Origin: an uncultured Verrucomicrobiae bacterium
GTDB taxonomy: Bacteria > Verrucomicrobiota > Verrucomicrobiia > Limisphaerales > Palsa-1400
NCBI GenBank assembly: GCA_963764165.1
Contig: CAVXRD010000003.1
Span: 128,001-192,000 of the forward strand
Reading direction: 5' to 3'
Length of the DNA stretch: 64,000 bases
Part shown: piece by piece, positions 19,352-29,307 of the stretch
Layout: each line of letters begins with the position of its first letter
Position numbering within the stretch: the first letter of the stretch is position 1
Translations under genes and position numbers: made by a program
Notes under the pieces: generated by a model
Databases searched by the model: none
What the model saw: only the letters and a program-made list of their open reading frames with translations
Told to the model about the DNA's origin: nothing

Positions 19352-21292
19352 TTAGTTGTGCTGCAGCCATGCGTGGATGTTGGTGGCTTGCGCGTTTTTG
19401 GGATCGATCTGCATGGCTTCGAGATATTGTTCGCGGGCCAGCTTCGGCTGGTCCAGCCGCTCGGCGTAGAGATTTCCCAGGAGCAGGTGGCCTCGAATAT
19501 CACTCGGATGTTCCGCCACCAATTTGCCGAGCTCATGCACGGCATCCTCCACATAGCCGCGTTTTTGCAGCACCCACGCAAAGGCGTATCTCGCGTCCGC
19601 CGAGTCCGCTTTCAAGTTGGAGGCGTGGTAAAGTTCCACCAGCGCCCCCTTGTAATCGCGAGCATCCACGAGAGCCAGGCCGAGGCCATAAGAAGCGTCG
19701 TAAGAGCTGGGGTCGGCGGCGACGGCGTCGCGGTAGGCTTGGACCGATTGCAGAACATCGCCCAGTTGCCGCGCGCGAATGGCCTCTGCAATGAGCCGAT
19801 GGGCCTGGGCGCGGTCTCCGGGAATCGGCGTGATTGGCGGCGGATAATCGAAGTGGGATCCCGCCGGGGCGGGAGGCGGTTCGTCCGCATCAGGCGCGGG
19901 CGCACTCATTTTTTCGCCCGGTTTCGGTTTTCCGGAAAACCAATTTGCCGGGTTGAGCCGCTGCGCGATGGATTTGCGCGAGACGTGATTCGTGTCGGAA
20001 ACCACCGGCGCCGGAATTCCGCCCGGGCTATTGACTGCCAAGTCGGCGCTAGGCGCGGAATTACTGACGGCCGGCGCGGTCGCCATGGGAGGAGATGCCT
20101 GCGGTCGGACGGGTGGTGTTTCAGTTGAAGCAGGAGCCGGGGCTTGCGCCAGCGGTTGGGCCGGTGGCGGCTTTTCCAGCTGGTCCGGAACGACGATCGT
20201 TTGAATCGGGGGATTCGGCTGAGTCACCTCTGTTTGTGGCGGCGGCGATGGCCGTGTGATTGGCCTTGCTGACTGCGGCAAGGGATTTGCCGCCGGTGGC
20301 GTGGGCGAGGGAACGACAGATTGAGCCGGCGGAGCAATAATGGCCTGCTCGCTGGCAATTTGTTTGACAGTACTTTGCGGCGGAGGATTCGAGCGAACCA
20401 CCGGTGCCGGGGCCGCTCGAGCTGCGGTCTTCGACGGAGTAATGGAGATTTTCATGCTCACATCGAGGTCTTTCGCAATGGTGGCGACTTCCCTGGCATG
20501 CGGAGGGGGCGGGGTGATGGCCAGATAATCGCGATAAAGGCGCAGCGCCTGGGTCGGATTGTTCAAATAGGTTTGCGACACGATCGCGAGATTAAGCAAA
20601 GCGGCGTGATAATTTGTGTCGCGGCTGAGCGCAAGGCCGAAGTTGGTCGCGGCGGCCACGCTGAAATTCGGGCCCGGCGAGCGCCTTAAAATGTCGATGA
20701 TGCCAATGGCGTTGGCCGAGTCCGGCGTTCCCCCGAGCTTTTCGGCCGTTTCGAATTCCTTGCGAGCGGCATCGAGAAAGCGGGGCTTCTCCGCCGCCGG
20801 CCGCTCGTAACTGGAACGCAGCAGAATCAATCCGCGCTGGATGTAACCTTGCGCATCCTTCGGACGAAGCATCGTGTAGGTGGTGAAGGAATCGTCCGCG
20901 GCGCGGAGATCTCCCTGGCGCATGCGCAGACAGCCAAGATTGTAGTAGACAGAGGCATTATGCCGATCGAGCCGTTGGGCCTTGACGAAAGCCAGGCTGG
21001 CGGCGTCCAATTTGCCGTCGCACGTGTAAGCCAGGCCAAGCAGGTTCCACGCTTTTGCCTGCGTCGCCACGGGGACATCGTTCATCACACGGAGCGCTTC
21101 GCGCGCCTGACCCGCGGCCTCGGCGTACCGTCCAGCTTGAATATCCGCTTCGGCCTCGTGCAACTCGCGCCCGCCCGGCGGCCCGCAAGCCGTCAGCAGC
21201 AACACGGCGGCGGCAGCGACGACAATAGCGCTGGAGAATCGGCACCGTTTTTTTGTCGTCATCATGGGGGAGGGTGGTAGCATCCGCCGCAT
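19352..21292 (-). CDS. TPR-repeat lipoprotein with Pro-rich linker
   Basis: Lipobox LLLTAC; TPR units (AWNLLG, YYNLG) at both ends. Confidence 0.8.
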   Translation of the reverse strand: MRRMLPPSPMMTTKKRCRFSSAIVVAAAAVLLLTACGPPGGRELHEAEADIQAGRYAEAAGQAREALRVMNDVPVATQAKAWNLLGLAYTCDGKLDAASLAFVKAQRLDRHNASVYYNLGCLRMRQGDLRAADDSFTTYTMLRPKDAQGYIQRGLILLRSSYERPAAEKPRFLDAARKEFETAEKLGGTPDSANAIGIIDILRRSPGPNFSVAAATNFGLALSRDTNYHAALLNLAIVSQTYLNNPTQALRLYRDYLAITPPPPHAREVATIAKDLDVSMKISITPSKTAARAAPAPVVRSNPPPQSTVKQIASEQAIIAPPAQSVVPSPTPPAANPLPQSARPITRPSPPPQTEVTQPNPPIQTIVVPDQLEKPPPAQPLAQAPAPASTETPPVRPQASPPMATAPAVSNSAPSADLAVNSPGGIPAPVVSDTNHVSRKSIAQRLNPANWFSGKPKPGEKMSAPAPDADEPPPAPAGSHFDYPPPITPIPGDRAQAHRLIAEAIRARQLGDVLQSVQAYRDAVAADPSSYDASYGLGLALVDARDYKGALVELYHASNLKADSADARYAFAWVLQKRGYVEDAVHELGKLVAEHPSDIRGHLLLGNLYAERLDQPKLAREQYLEAMQIDPKNAQATNIHAWLQHN

Positions 21293-21295
21293 AAG

Positions 21296-22366
21296 GTGTC
21301 AAGATACGCCCAATCAAAGACAGAGAAAAGCGCCACCCGAATTTTGCTCGGCGGCCTGATTTTTCTCTGGACCGCGTGCGCGATGGCTCAAACGCCGGAA
21401 TCGCCGACTGCCGACCAACCCGCCAAGGCCAGGGTCGTCCAGGTGGAGCGGCCGGGCGCCACCTCCGCGTTCGAGGCCCAGCCGGCCATTGTGGATGACA
21501 TGGTACGGCGCGGAATGCTGAAGTGGACGGGCAAGCCGGATTTGAAAGCAGCCTGGCTCTCGGTGGTTTCCAATACCGACGTGGTCGGTCTGAAAGTCTA
21601 CGTCGGACCTGGCTCCACCAGCGGAACGCGCCCCGCCGTGGTCGAGGCGGTAATCAAAGGACTCCTCGGAGCCGGACTGCCGGCCACCAACATTATTGTT
21701 TGGGATCAGCGTCTGTCGTTCTTGCGCGCTCCCGGTTACGCGGCGCTGGCGGATCATTATCATGTCCGTTTGGCCGGCAGCGCGGATTTCGGATACGATC
21801 CCACCGTCGCCTACACCAACAATCCGCTCCTCGGCAGCTTGTCGGCGGGCGATTTGGAATTCGACATGAATGGCACGACGTCCGGGCGCAATTCGTACGT
21901 GAGCAAACTGGTGACCTCCAACATGACGAAAATCATCAGCATCGCGCCGATTCTGAATCATAATCTGGCAGGCCTGTGCGGGCATCTTTACAGCGTATCG
22001 CTCGGCAGCGTGGACAATACCCTTCGCTTCGAGATGAGCGACCGGCGGCTTGCCCAGGCGGTGCCGGAGATTTACAATCTTCCCGCCTTGAGCGACCACG
22101 TTGCGCTCTGCATCACTGACGGTTTGATCGCGCAATATCAGGGCGAGCAGAAAAGCCTTTTGCATTACGCCACGGAATTCAACCAGATCTGGATCAGCAA
22201 CGATCCCGTGGCGCTGGATGTCCTTGCCATCGAGGAATTGGACCGCGAGCGGCTTATCAACAACATCGAATCGCGCCGCGATAATCCCGAGCTCTACCAG
22301 AACGCTGCTCTTCTCCAATTGGGAGTGGGCACGGTCGAGAGGATCAAGCTGGAAATCGTGAAGTGA
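21296..22366 (+). CDS. Secreted DUF362-domain protein
   Basis: D.VGLKV, T.P..V.AV...L, I.VWD, I.DG....Y.G, S.DPVALD. Confidence 0.75.
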   Translation: MSRYAQSKTEKSATRILLGGLIFLWTACAMAQTPESPTADQPAKARVVQVERPGATSAFEAQPAIVDDMVRRGMLKWTGKPDLKAAWLSVVSNTDVVGLKVYVGPGSTSGTRPAVVEAVIKGLLGAGLPATNIIVWDQRLSFLRAPGYAALADHYHVRLAGSADFGYDPTVAYTNNPLLGSLSAGDLEFDMNGTTSGRNSYVSKLVTSNMTKIISIAPILNHNLAGLCGHLYSVSLGSVDNTLRFEMSDRRLAQAVPEIYNLPALSDHVALCITDGLIAQYQGEQKSLLHYATEFNQIWISNDPVALDVLAIEELDRERLINNIESRRDNPELYQNAALLQLGVGTVERIKLEIVK

Positions 22367-22372
22367 CTCGGT

Positions 22373-24217
22373 GTGAAGGCTCTCCTGGCTCTGTTCTGCA
22401 TGCTTGGTTTTTTTCCGCGGACAATGGCGGGCGAGCCGGTCTGCATTTTCGATTTGACGCCCTTGCGGAAGGCCAATTTCCAGGACGAACGCGAGCGCCG
22501 GAATTACTGGGACGAACTGCAATTGGCCACCGCGCTGCAAGGGCTCGTCAATCGCGATCACGCAAATCTCTTCGTGCGCTATCTTGATGAGGACGATTTT
22601 TGGTGGACCGAGATGCAAAAACCGCCCTCGTGGCTTGAGAACCGCGAACTCGTTAAAATTCCAACCCTCGACGACTTGCTCCGTCAATTTCGCAATGCTT
22701 ACAAAGGCATTGTGATTTGGGACGAGCGCGTTCCCGCCTCGGCAAACATCGCTGCCAGCGTGGCTGGAATGGATAATTTGCTGCCGGTGCGGTTTGATCC
22801 CGGAAGTAATTCTCTTTACAGCCGTTTGATCGCGGCGAACACCCATGCGGATTTCGTCCGTTTCAAACTTCCAGAATTCACCGGAGCCGGAATGATTCCC
22901 GGAACGCAAATTCCGTCCACCGGAAGCGCGAAGTGCGATGCCTATCGCTGGCTGATCGAAACCCGCGTCAAAACGGACAAGGCCAATCCGCTTTGCATGG
23001 GTTACTGCCTGGATGCGTTTTGGTTCAAGTGCTGGCGGGCCAGCTCGCCGGAAAATAACGCAGTTTGCAATGAGGATTATATGATCTCTCGACGCGGCGT
23101 CATCTTCGACCTCGACATTTGGGATGATGAAGCGCCGGTGGATGATCCCGGCCAGAAGCCCGGCACGGACGCAGCGACCTTGAAGGAAATTCTGCGCGCC
23201 GCTTACAACCGAGTCCAAGGAAATGCTATTATTGACGTAATTGGTTTTGTGCCGTGGGCTTACAAATACACCAAGCACCGTTCGCCCGAATGGTTCGCGG
23301 GCGGCGCGCATGAGGAAGTAGCCAGCGAATGGCGCTGCTCGGAGATCCTCTCCTGCTTCAATGCCTGCGTGGACGCCGACGCGCTCGCCTTGAACGCAAT
23401 GCCGAACGCGTCCTTTTACCAGCATTTCCCACTGACAAATAAATATTGGCAGAATCCAAAACCGACCGCCGAAACGTTGCGCAGCGAGGGATTCATTGGC
23501 GCAAACGGCCAAATTGCCGCGAAGACATTTGTCGGATTTTACGTCGGTGATTACGACTCGGCGGCGTGGCTCTATCACGAGTTGCCCAAATTGTGGAGCG
23601 ATCCGGAGCGGGGTAAAGTTCCGCTGACGTGGTGCTTTAATCCCAATCTTGCCCAGCGATTTCCCGTCGCGCTGGCATGGACGCGCCAAACCCGCACCAC
23701 CAACGATTGGTTCGCCGCCGGGGATTCGGGGGCCGGTTATCTGAATCCCGGTTTCCTGACGCCGCCCCGTCCATGGTCGAGTTTGCCAAGCGGGCTGGAC
23801 GCTTGGTCGCAACGCTGCTCAAAGTTTTACCAACAATGGGACATTACGCTGACTGGCTTCATCATTAACGGATTCGCCCGCGGGCTTTCGGCAGAGGGAT
23901 TGGACGCTTACGCGCGCTTTTCACCTGATGGAATCATCACGCAAGGCGGGAAAAAATCGATCCATGGCGGGATGCCGATTCTGGCAATGGCCTCGGACGT
24001 AACCGAAAACGATCCGGCCGAGGCCGCCCGCCATATTCTGAATTTGGCTCAGGGAGAAGGCCCCCATTTTCTCGCCTGCCGCACGATTTTGAAATCGCCG
24101 GCGTGGCATTTGAAAGTGGCGCAGGAATTGCACCATCTGCGCGGGAACGCGGTTCAAGTAATCGATCTTTGCACGCTGCTTCAACTGGTCAAGGAATCGG
24201 AATCAAAACGCCCTTAG
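22373..24217 (+). CDS. GxGYxYP-domain putative glycoside hydrolase/deacetylase
   Basis: LQGL.NR, YVGDYDS..W, RG.VP..W, SGAGYLNP; signal peptide. Confidence 0.8.
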   Translation: MKALLALFCMLGFFPRTMAGEPVCIFDLTPLRKANFQDERERRNYWDELQLATALQGLVNRDHANLFVRYLDEDDFWWTEMQKPPSWLENRELVKIPTLDDLLRQFRNAYKGIVIWDERVPASANIAASVAGMDNLLPVRFDPGSNSLYSRLIAANTHADFVRFKLPEFTGAGMIPGTQIPSTGSAKCDAYRWLIETRVKTDKANPLCMGYCLDAFWFKCWRASSPENNAVCNEDYMISRRGVIFDLDIWDDEAPVDDPGQKPGTDAATLKEILRAAYNRVQGNAIIDVIGFVPWAYKYTKHRSPEWFAGGAHEEVASEWRCSEILSCFNACVDADALALNAMPNASFYQHFPLTNKYWQNPKPTAETLRSEGFIGANGQIAAKTFVGFYVGDYDSAAWLYHELPKLWSDPERGKVPLTWCFNPNLAQRFPVALAWTRQTRTTNDWFAAGDSGAGYLNPGFLTPPRPWSSLPSGLDAWSQRCSKFYQQWDITLTGFIINGFARGLSAEGLDAYARFSPDGIITQGGKKSIHGGMPILAMASDVTENDPAEAARHILNLAQGEGPHFLACRTILKSPAWHLKVAQELHHLRGNAVQVIDLCTLLQLVKESESKRP

Positions 24218-24413
24218 CCGGAACAATTCAGTTGCTTTGGGGGAGCGCGGTCGCCTCGACCGCAGTTTTCGGCGTCCCGCCGAAAACTCTTCGCGCAAGG
24301 TCACTTCACCAAACGGTGATCGCAAGAGATCTGCGGAACTGTCCGGCGAGACGCCGGCCAGAGCGACCGAGACGGTCGCGCTCCCCAAATCCAACTGCAT
24401 CATTCCGGCTTAG
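24214..24413. mobile_element. ~200-bp MITE with GCCGGAA.. TIRs, apparent TTA duplication and internal GGGAGC-type REP hairpins (family C)
   Basis: C-TTA-GCCGGAACAATTCAGTTG ... CAACTGCATCATTCCGGC-TTA-G; second member at 54810. Confidence 0.72.
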
Positions 24414-24435
24414 AGGTTGTAATTGAAAGTGGGCA

Positions 24436-24535
24436 AGGCAGGGACGCCTCGCCGAGGCGTCCGAGGCCGTGGTGTTTTTCGAACGCGTTCGGAATTGTGA
24501 GAGTCCCCGGACGCCTCGGCGAGGCGTCCCTACCT
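24436..24535. repeat. 100-bp REP doublet, family A (opposite orientation to 7236)
   Basis: Same arms; spacer matches the reverse complement of the 7236-7335 spacer with several mismatches. Confidence 0.88.
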
Positions 24536-24591
24536 CGCTTCGCGACCCACTTCTCACCTGCTTTCAATCGCACGCGTCTGGAGGGGGAAAC

Positions 24592-26649
24592 TCAAAACTT
24601 CGCGGTGCCTGCGATTCCAAATATCGTTGGATCGCCGGTCTGAAGCGCGAGGCCGGAATAGGCCAGATTTTGCGCGCCGGTGTAATAATGCGTGTCGAGA
24701 ATATTTTTGGCGTAGGCATAAATCTGAAAGTGTTTTCCTTCGTAGCCTGCCTGGGCGTTCAGTAGAAAGTAAGCATCCTGCCTTGATTGGGCGGCGGCGC
24801 TGTTTGGATCGTCCAAGTAAAATCGTCCCACCGCAATCACCTCCCCATGCACATACAGATGCCACCACGGAAGGCGGTAGCGCGCTGACCCGCTGGCGGT
24901 GAATTCCGGCACGAAACTTACGGGCTCGCCGGTGATGTTAAAATAATTTCCGTTGGTGGTGTAGCGGGCGCCGGTGAGGCCGCCAACAGCGGAGAGATCG
25001 AGGTCCTTGACCGGTCGGTATGTCAACTCCAATTCGGCGCCAAATAATTTCGCTCTCGGCGCATTTCCAATGGAAGGAATCGTCGATGAAAGCGCCGGGG
25101 CGGGGACGGTGGATTCGACAGGGAAACTATAAGTCTGATAATCGTCGGCCATCGTGTAGAAAAGCGCCGCGTTGGCTGACAATTTATCGCCAAGCCACCG
25201 GGATTTTGCGCCGAGTTCAAATTGCCAGTCGCGTTCCAAGCCATACTCAGCTCCATTATATGGATCAAAGCCACCGCTTTGGTGGCCCGTCGTGACCGAG
25301 CCGTAAATTTCTATTTTCGGCGTAAAACGATAGGTCATTCCAAGCTTTGGCTGCGCGGACGCAAATTGATCCTGAAATGCGCCGCCGCCTTCAACCCGCA
25401 CGTAGCGGAAATCGTCACTAAGCCGAATGCCGGCTGTGGTGTCGAATTTGTCTCCCATCGTCAACGTTGCTTGGGCGTACAAGGCGAACGTGTAACTCGT
25501 CAATTCGGCATAATTGTAGACATACGAACTGGGTGGCGCCAAGGGCGACGAAAAGACGCTTCCGTCATCAAGGTCGTTGTCGGAAAAGTATCCGCCGATA
25601 ACCCATTTCCAATGCGACGTTGTGTCCGCCGAACGCACGCGCAATTCCTCCGTCCACGCCGATTGTTGTGGCCTCGTGGCAAAGGTGGTCGAGGCAGGAT
25701 CATAAATCGATTCGGGAACCGGCTGCACCGAGTTTTGATCCCAAGTGCGGTGCGTCGCCACGGAAGTGACAATGACTGATGATCCGGCGTATCCGATTTT
25801 CAGAGCCTGATCGAGGAGATGAGTGTCAACATAACTTTTCGAGGATCTGCTCACGCTAAACGCGGATGAATCGACACCGGGCCAGTAGGTGGGGGCAAAC
25901 CCATCGTTGTCCTGTCCGGCGTCGGCCATCAGCGTGATGTTCCAAGGCGCGCTTGGGCTCCAGCGGAGCGTGCCGCGAATGCCCATCGTGTTTTCAAAAT
26001 CCGTCCGCTTATGCTGCTCGTCGTCGTAAACGTAGCCAAGGCGGGTGTCATCCAATCCATTGAGCCCGAAATATAATTTGTTGGTGACAAGCGGCCCGCC
26101 GATGCCCGCAATGTATTGCTGCGCGTTGTAATTTCCGTAGCTGGCTCCCATGTAGCCATCCGTGCGGTCCACCGGCTGCGCCGTCGATATATCGATGACG
26201 CCACCGACGCCGCCCGCGCCATACATCGTCGCCTGGCTGCCGCGGACAAATTCGATCCCGCGAGCGTCGTAAAGCGCCAGCCCGCGCGAGAACATATCGA
26301 AGTAAGGCACATCATCCACGTAAAGCCCGACCACCGGTTCACCGAGGCCATAGCCAGTCTCGCGGAAGCCGCGAATCGAGAACATCGGCATGCGTTGATT
26401 CATTGAATCGAACACGCTGAAGTTTGGCGTCTGCGCCGTCAAATCGCGGACGGACGCAATTTCGCCAAGCTGCACTTCCTCGCCCGAAATTACGGTCACC
26501 GCGCTGCTGCTCGATTGTGGGACAGCCGTGACGGCATCGCCACTAATCGTGACGGGCGGGGCAGGGGCGGGCGGATTAAAATTCTGCCCCTCGGCGCTCA
26601 CGCCCAAAAGCAGCGCGGCCGCCGGAACAATTTTCACAATTTTCAGCAT
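24592..26649 (-). CDS. TonB-dependent outer-membrane receptor
   Basis: Plug motifs (SIRG, GLYVDDV, IEFVRG.Q..MYG), KNILD..Y, C-terminal Phe. Confidence 0.9.
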   Translation of the reverse strand: MLKIVKIVPAAALLLGVSAEGQNFNPPAPAPPVTISGDAVTAVPQSSSSAVTVISGEEVQLGEIASVRDLTAQTPNFSVFDSMNQRMPMFSIRGFRETGYGLGEPVVGLYVDDVPYFDMFSRGLALYDARGIEFVRGSQATMYGAGGVGGVIDISTAQPVDRTDGYMGASYGNYNAQQYIAGIGGPLVTNKLYFGLNGLDDTRLGYVYDDEQHKRTDFENTMGIRGTLRWSPSAPWNITLMADAGQDNDGFAPTYWPGVDSSAFSVSRSSKSYVDTHLLDQALKIGYAGSSVIVTSVATHRTWDQNSVQPVPESIYDPASTTFATRPQQSAWTEELRVRSADTTSHWKWVIGGYFSDNDLDDGSVFSSPLAPPSSYVYNYAELTSYTFALYAQATLTMGDKFDTTAGIRLSDDFRYVRVEGGGAFQDQFASAQPKLGMTYRFTPKIEIYGSVTTGHQSGGFDPYNGAEYGLERDWQFELGAKSRWLGDKLSANAALFYTMADDYQTYSFPVESTVPAPALSSTIPSIGNAPRAKLFGAELELTYRPVKDLDLSAVGGLTGARYTTNGNYFNITGEPVSFVPEFTASGSARYRLPWWHLYVHGEVIAVGRFYLDDPNSAAAQSRQDAYFLLNAQAGYEGKHFQIYAYAKNILDTHYYTGAQNLAYSGLALQTGDPTIFGIAGTAKF

Positions 26650-26720
26650 AACGTGCGAATCGAGGCGATGAAATCACCGTGACAAACAAACGCAAGCGCA
26701 ATCGCGGGGCAATTCTTTGC

Positions 26721-28428
26721 AGTGCTATTTCGGAAAACTCTTCATTTTTGGCAAAGTTTTAGGCGGCGAGTTTGGTCAATTTGTCCACGTCCGCTTTGCG
26801 GGCGGTCAAGAGCGCAGTAATGGTGGTGCGCCCTTTCTCGGTGACAACATAGCGGTGGGTGCCGCTGACTTTGGCGATCAAGCCATGCGCTCGCAGGAGC
26901 CGCAGTCGGCGTCCAATCCAGCCCATTCTGCGTTTGAGTTCGCGGTCATCGCACCGGCTGGGAAAATAGGCCTGCCGAATGTCTCGACTGCGAAAGCCGT
27001 TGAGGGCGTACTCTCCCTGGCTGACCATTTCCAAAAGGCGTCCGTCCTCCGGGGCCCAAGGATTGAGGGCGCGGTAGCGCCGCCCCGCCTGCCGCAGGGG
27101 CTTGCAGCATTTTTCAACCCATTGGAACAGCGGCACCGTTCCGCTGACGGATCCCAACGCCTGCAAATAACGTTCATTGGCCCGGTGAGAGATTTCTTTG
27201 CGCCGTTTCAGGTCGGCCAGCCCCCGGCGCAATGTCAGCCAGCGTTTGGCCTCCTTGGGCCGGCCTTCCGGTTTGCGATAAACTTTAAATTCCTCCGGGT
27301 GCGTCACCGTCGTTTCGATCCGCAAAACCGAGCCCTGCTTGTCGTAAAATTTGATCGAGTTGCCGTTAAGACTGTGCTTGACCCGCACGCCCTCCGGCCG
27401 CCGTTTGGTGTCGCTGGTGATTTCGCCCTCAAACTGGCCGTACCACCCTGCCCGTGCTGATGGGAACGTATCGGCCCAAAAACCTCATCACGTCCGCGCT
27501 GGAAAAGGAACTGATGGCATGGTGAACCAGGCTGGGATAAAGCCGGGCCAGGCTCTCGGGCTCCTTGAAAATGACATCGGTGGCATATTCGGTGTCCGAA
27601 GCGCTCCAATAGTATTTGAGGTTCAGCGGCTGGCAAATCGACCGGTGCAGGGGATGAACCTCATTGAGCAGCCGGCCCAGCTCCTTGGGCCAGTCAGTTT
27701 GCAGTTGCTGGTCCAGCAGGCCTTGAGCGCGCCCCATATCGGCCACCCGCAAAAAGGTGTTCTCCTTCTTTTGATAGGCAATGCCTGCCTGATCCAACTG
27801 CTTTCCCAGCCAATGCCGGCCATTGAGGCAGATATTAATCTGGAAGGGAAACCAGGTTTGCAGGCGCAGGTGCATGAAGCCAAACTTGGAATGCTCGAAA
27901 TAGAAATAAAGATGGCTGCACTTGCGCTGCTGAACCTTCACCTCAATGTGTTTGGTTTGGGGGTTTCCGACGACTTGAAAGGACATGCAGGGTTCCGTGC
28001 AATTGAGAATGGCGATCAGTCCCTCGGTGATTTTATCGCGGGCGGCAATCTTGCGCGCCACCTCCTCCTTGCTGGTTTGGCTGGAGGGGACGAAAAGAAA
28101 AGGCCGCCCGGCTGTTTGTGCCAGGGCCCTGGCTTTGTCTTTGACCGCTTTGGTGGTCCGTTCGACCAACTGGCTGAAATCCTTGATCAGAATGTGGCAG
28201 GCGTTCAAGTAGGCCTCCATCACCTGGGGGCCGTACAACTGGCGCAGCGTCCCGCGCAATCGCAGGCGATCAAAGCCCGAAAGAACTCCTAGAATTGAGG
28301 AAGCATGTTTGTGTACAAAAGAGTTGGAAGCGCCGTCATGGGTAAGCGGTTTGTTTTGCATACATCCAATCTTACCCAGACCGGACGGCGCTTTCCTCTT
28401 ATTTTTGGTTGCGGCTTTGCCGCGCTGT
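26721..28428 (-). mobile_element. Putative rolling-circle-type insertion element with no TIR and no TSD
   Basis: Single long ORF; 5' end ACAGCGCGGCAAAGCCGCAACC hairpin; removing the element rejoins the periodic host repeat CTTTGC|GCCCTTGGGCCTTTGCG. Confidence 0.65.
26759..28361 (-). pseudogene. ~533-aa putative transposase/replication-initiator-like protein with C-terminal winged helix, split by a 1-nt insertion
   Basis: ORFs 27429-28361 and 26759-27388 join (…GRVYGQFEGEITSDTKRRPEGVRVKH…) when one base at 27443-27444 is removed; SGFDRL..RGTL, RLQTWFP, IKFYDK..VLRIETT, LRAHGLI.KV..THRY..T.KG. Confidence 0.8.
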
Positions 28429-28578
28429 GCCCTTGGGCCTTTGCGACCTCGCATTGGAGTGTTCCTTCCACCAGGGCTGATTTCAACGACAGGGCGCAAA
28501 GAAGCAAAGGCGCAACCAAGAGAAGCTGCAAACGACGGTTTGTGCCGGCTTGCTCACGCGGGCAAATCGGAATAGCCT

Positions 28579-28908
28579 GTGGGCGTGAAAACATTGACCG
28601 TTGGCGAGGCCCAGGGACGATTGGCCGAACTGATCGAACGCATTCCTCTTGCGGAGGACGCCTGCGGCGTGATTCATGTGGCTGGCACGCGGGTCGCTTT
28701 AGACACCCTGGCCGAGGCATTTTACGAGGGAGCGACGGCGGATGGAACGGACGTGTATTCCGTGTTTGGCTGCATTCTCCGCCGCCAAACGGAAGTGGCA
28801 GCTTGTCTGGACGCTAGAGCGGCGCACTGCAAAACCATCCGCTCTGAGAATGAGAGTCGATTCAACCCGCAGGGCGTGCGTGCCCGGCTGCTCTCCCGCC
28901 AGGCGTAA
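28579..28908 (+). pseudogene. Degenerate DUF433 antitoxin with a Phd-like N-terminus
   Basis: GTRV.LDT...F..GATA DUF433 core, apparently lacking the EI...YP segment; KTLTVGEA..RL.EL start. Confidence 0.55.
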
Positions 28909-28926
28909 ACCAACGCAGGGCTGCGC

Positions 28927-29135
28927 ATGATCGCACTTGCATTCGACGAGAACCATAACCACGACATTCTGCGCGGGATGCTGCGGCGTAACGCCGGTCT
29001 GGATGGGGTTCGCCTTCAGGATGCCGGACTTTCCGGCAAAAGATGATCCAACTGTTCTGGAATTGGCAGCGCAACAAAGCCGCATCCTGATTTCTCACGA
29101 TGTTTCCACCATCATCGCCTTCGCTCATGCGCGAT
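28927..29135 (+). pseudogene. DUF5615 PIN-like toxin, frameshifted and truncated
   Basis: MIALAFDEN...LQDAGLSGK, +1 shift in the A-run at 29038-29041, then DDPTVLELAAQQSRILISHDVST. Confidence 0.75.
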
Positions 29136-29307
29136 CTTTGGAATCCGCGAGAACACCACAATACACGCACAGTGATTCGCCACCCGGCGTCGCGGGAAGG
29201 CTTGATCGAGTGTTCATTTAATTCTTCGTCGCCGACTCGGTTTTCCCACCCGGCGTGGGCCTGCTTCCGATGGCCATGGGCATCTGTTGTTTGCTGGTCC
29301 TCAATTT

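Noticed and set aside
21314..23812. 832-aa minus-strand ORF
   Set aside because: Antisense shadow of the DUF362 and GxGYxYP genes; no motifs; expected in GC-rich DNA
27430..27450. Programmed ribosomal frameshift in the transposase-like gene
   Set aside because: No slippery heptamer or A-run; a single inserted base explains the break
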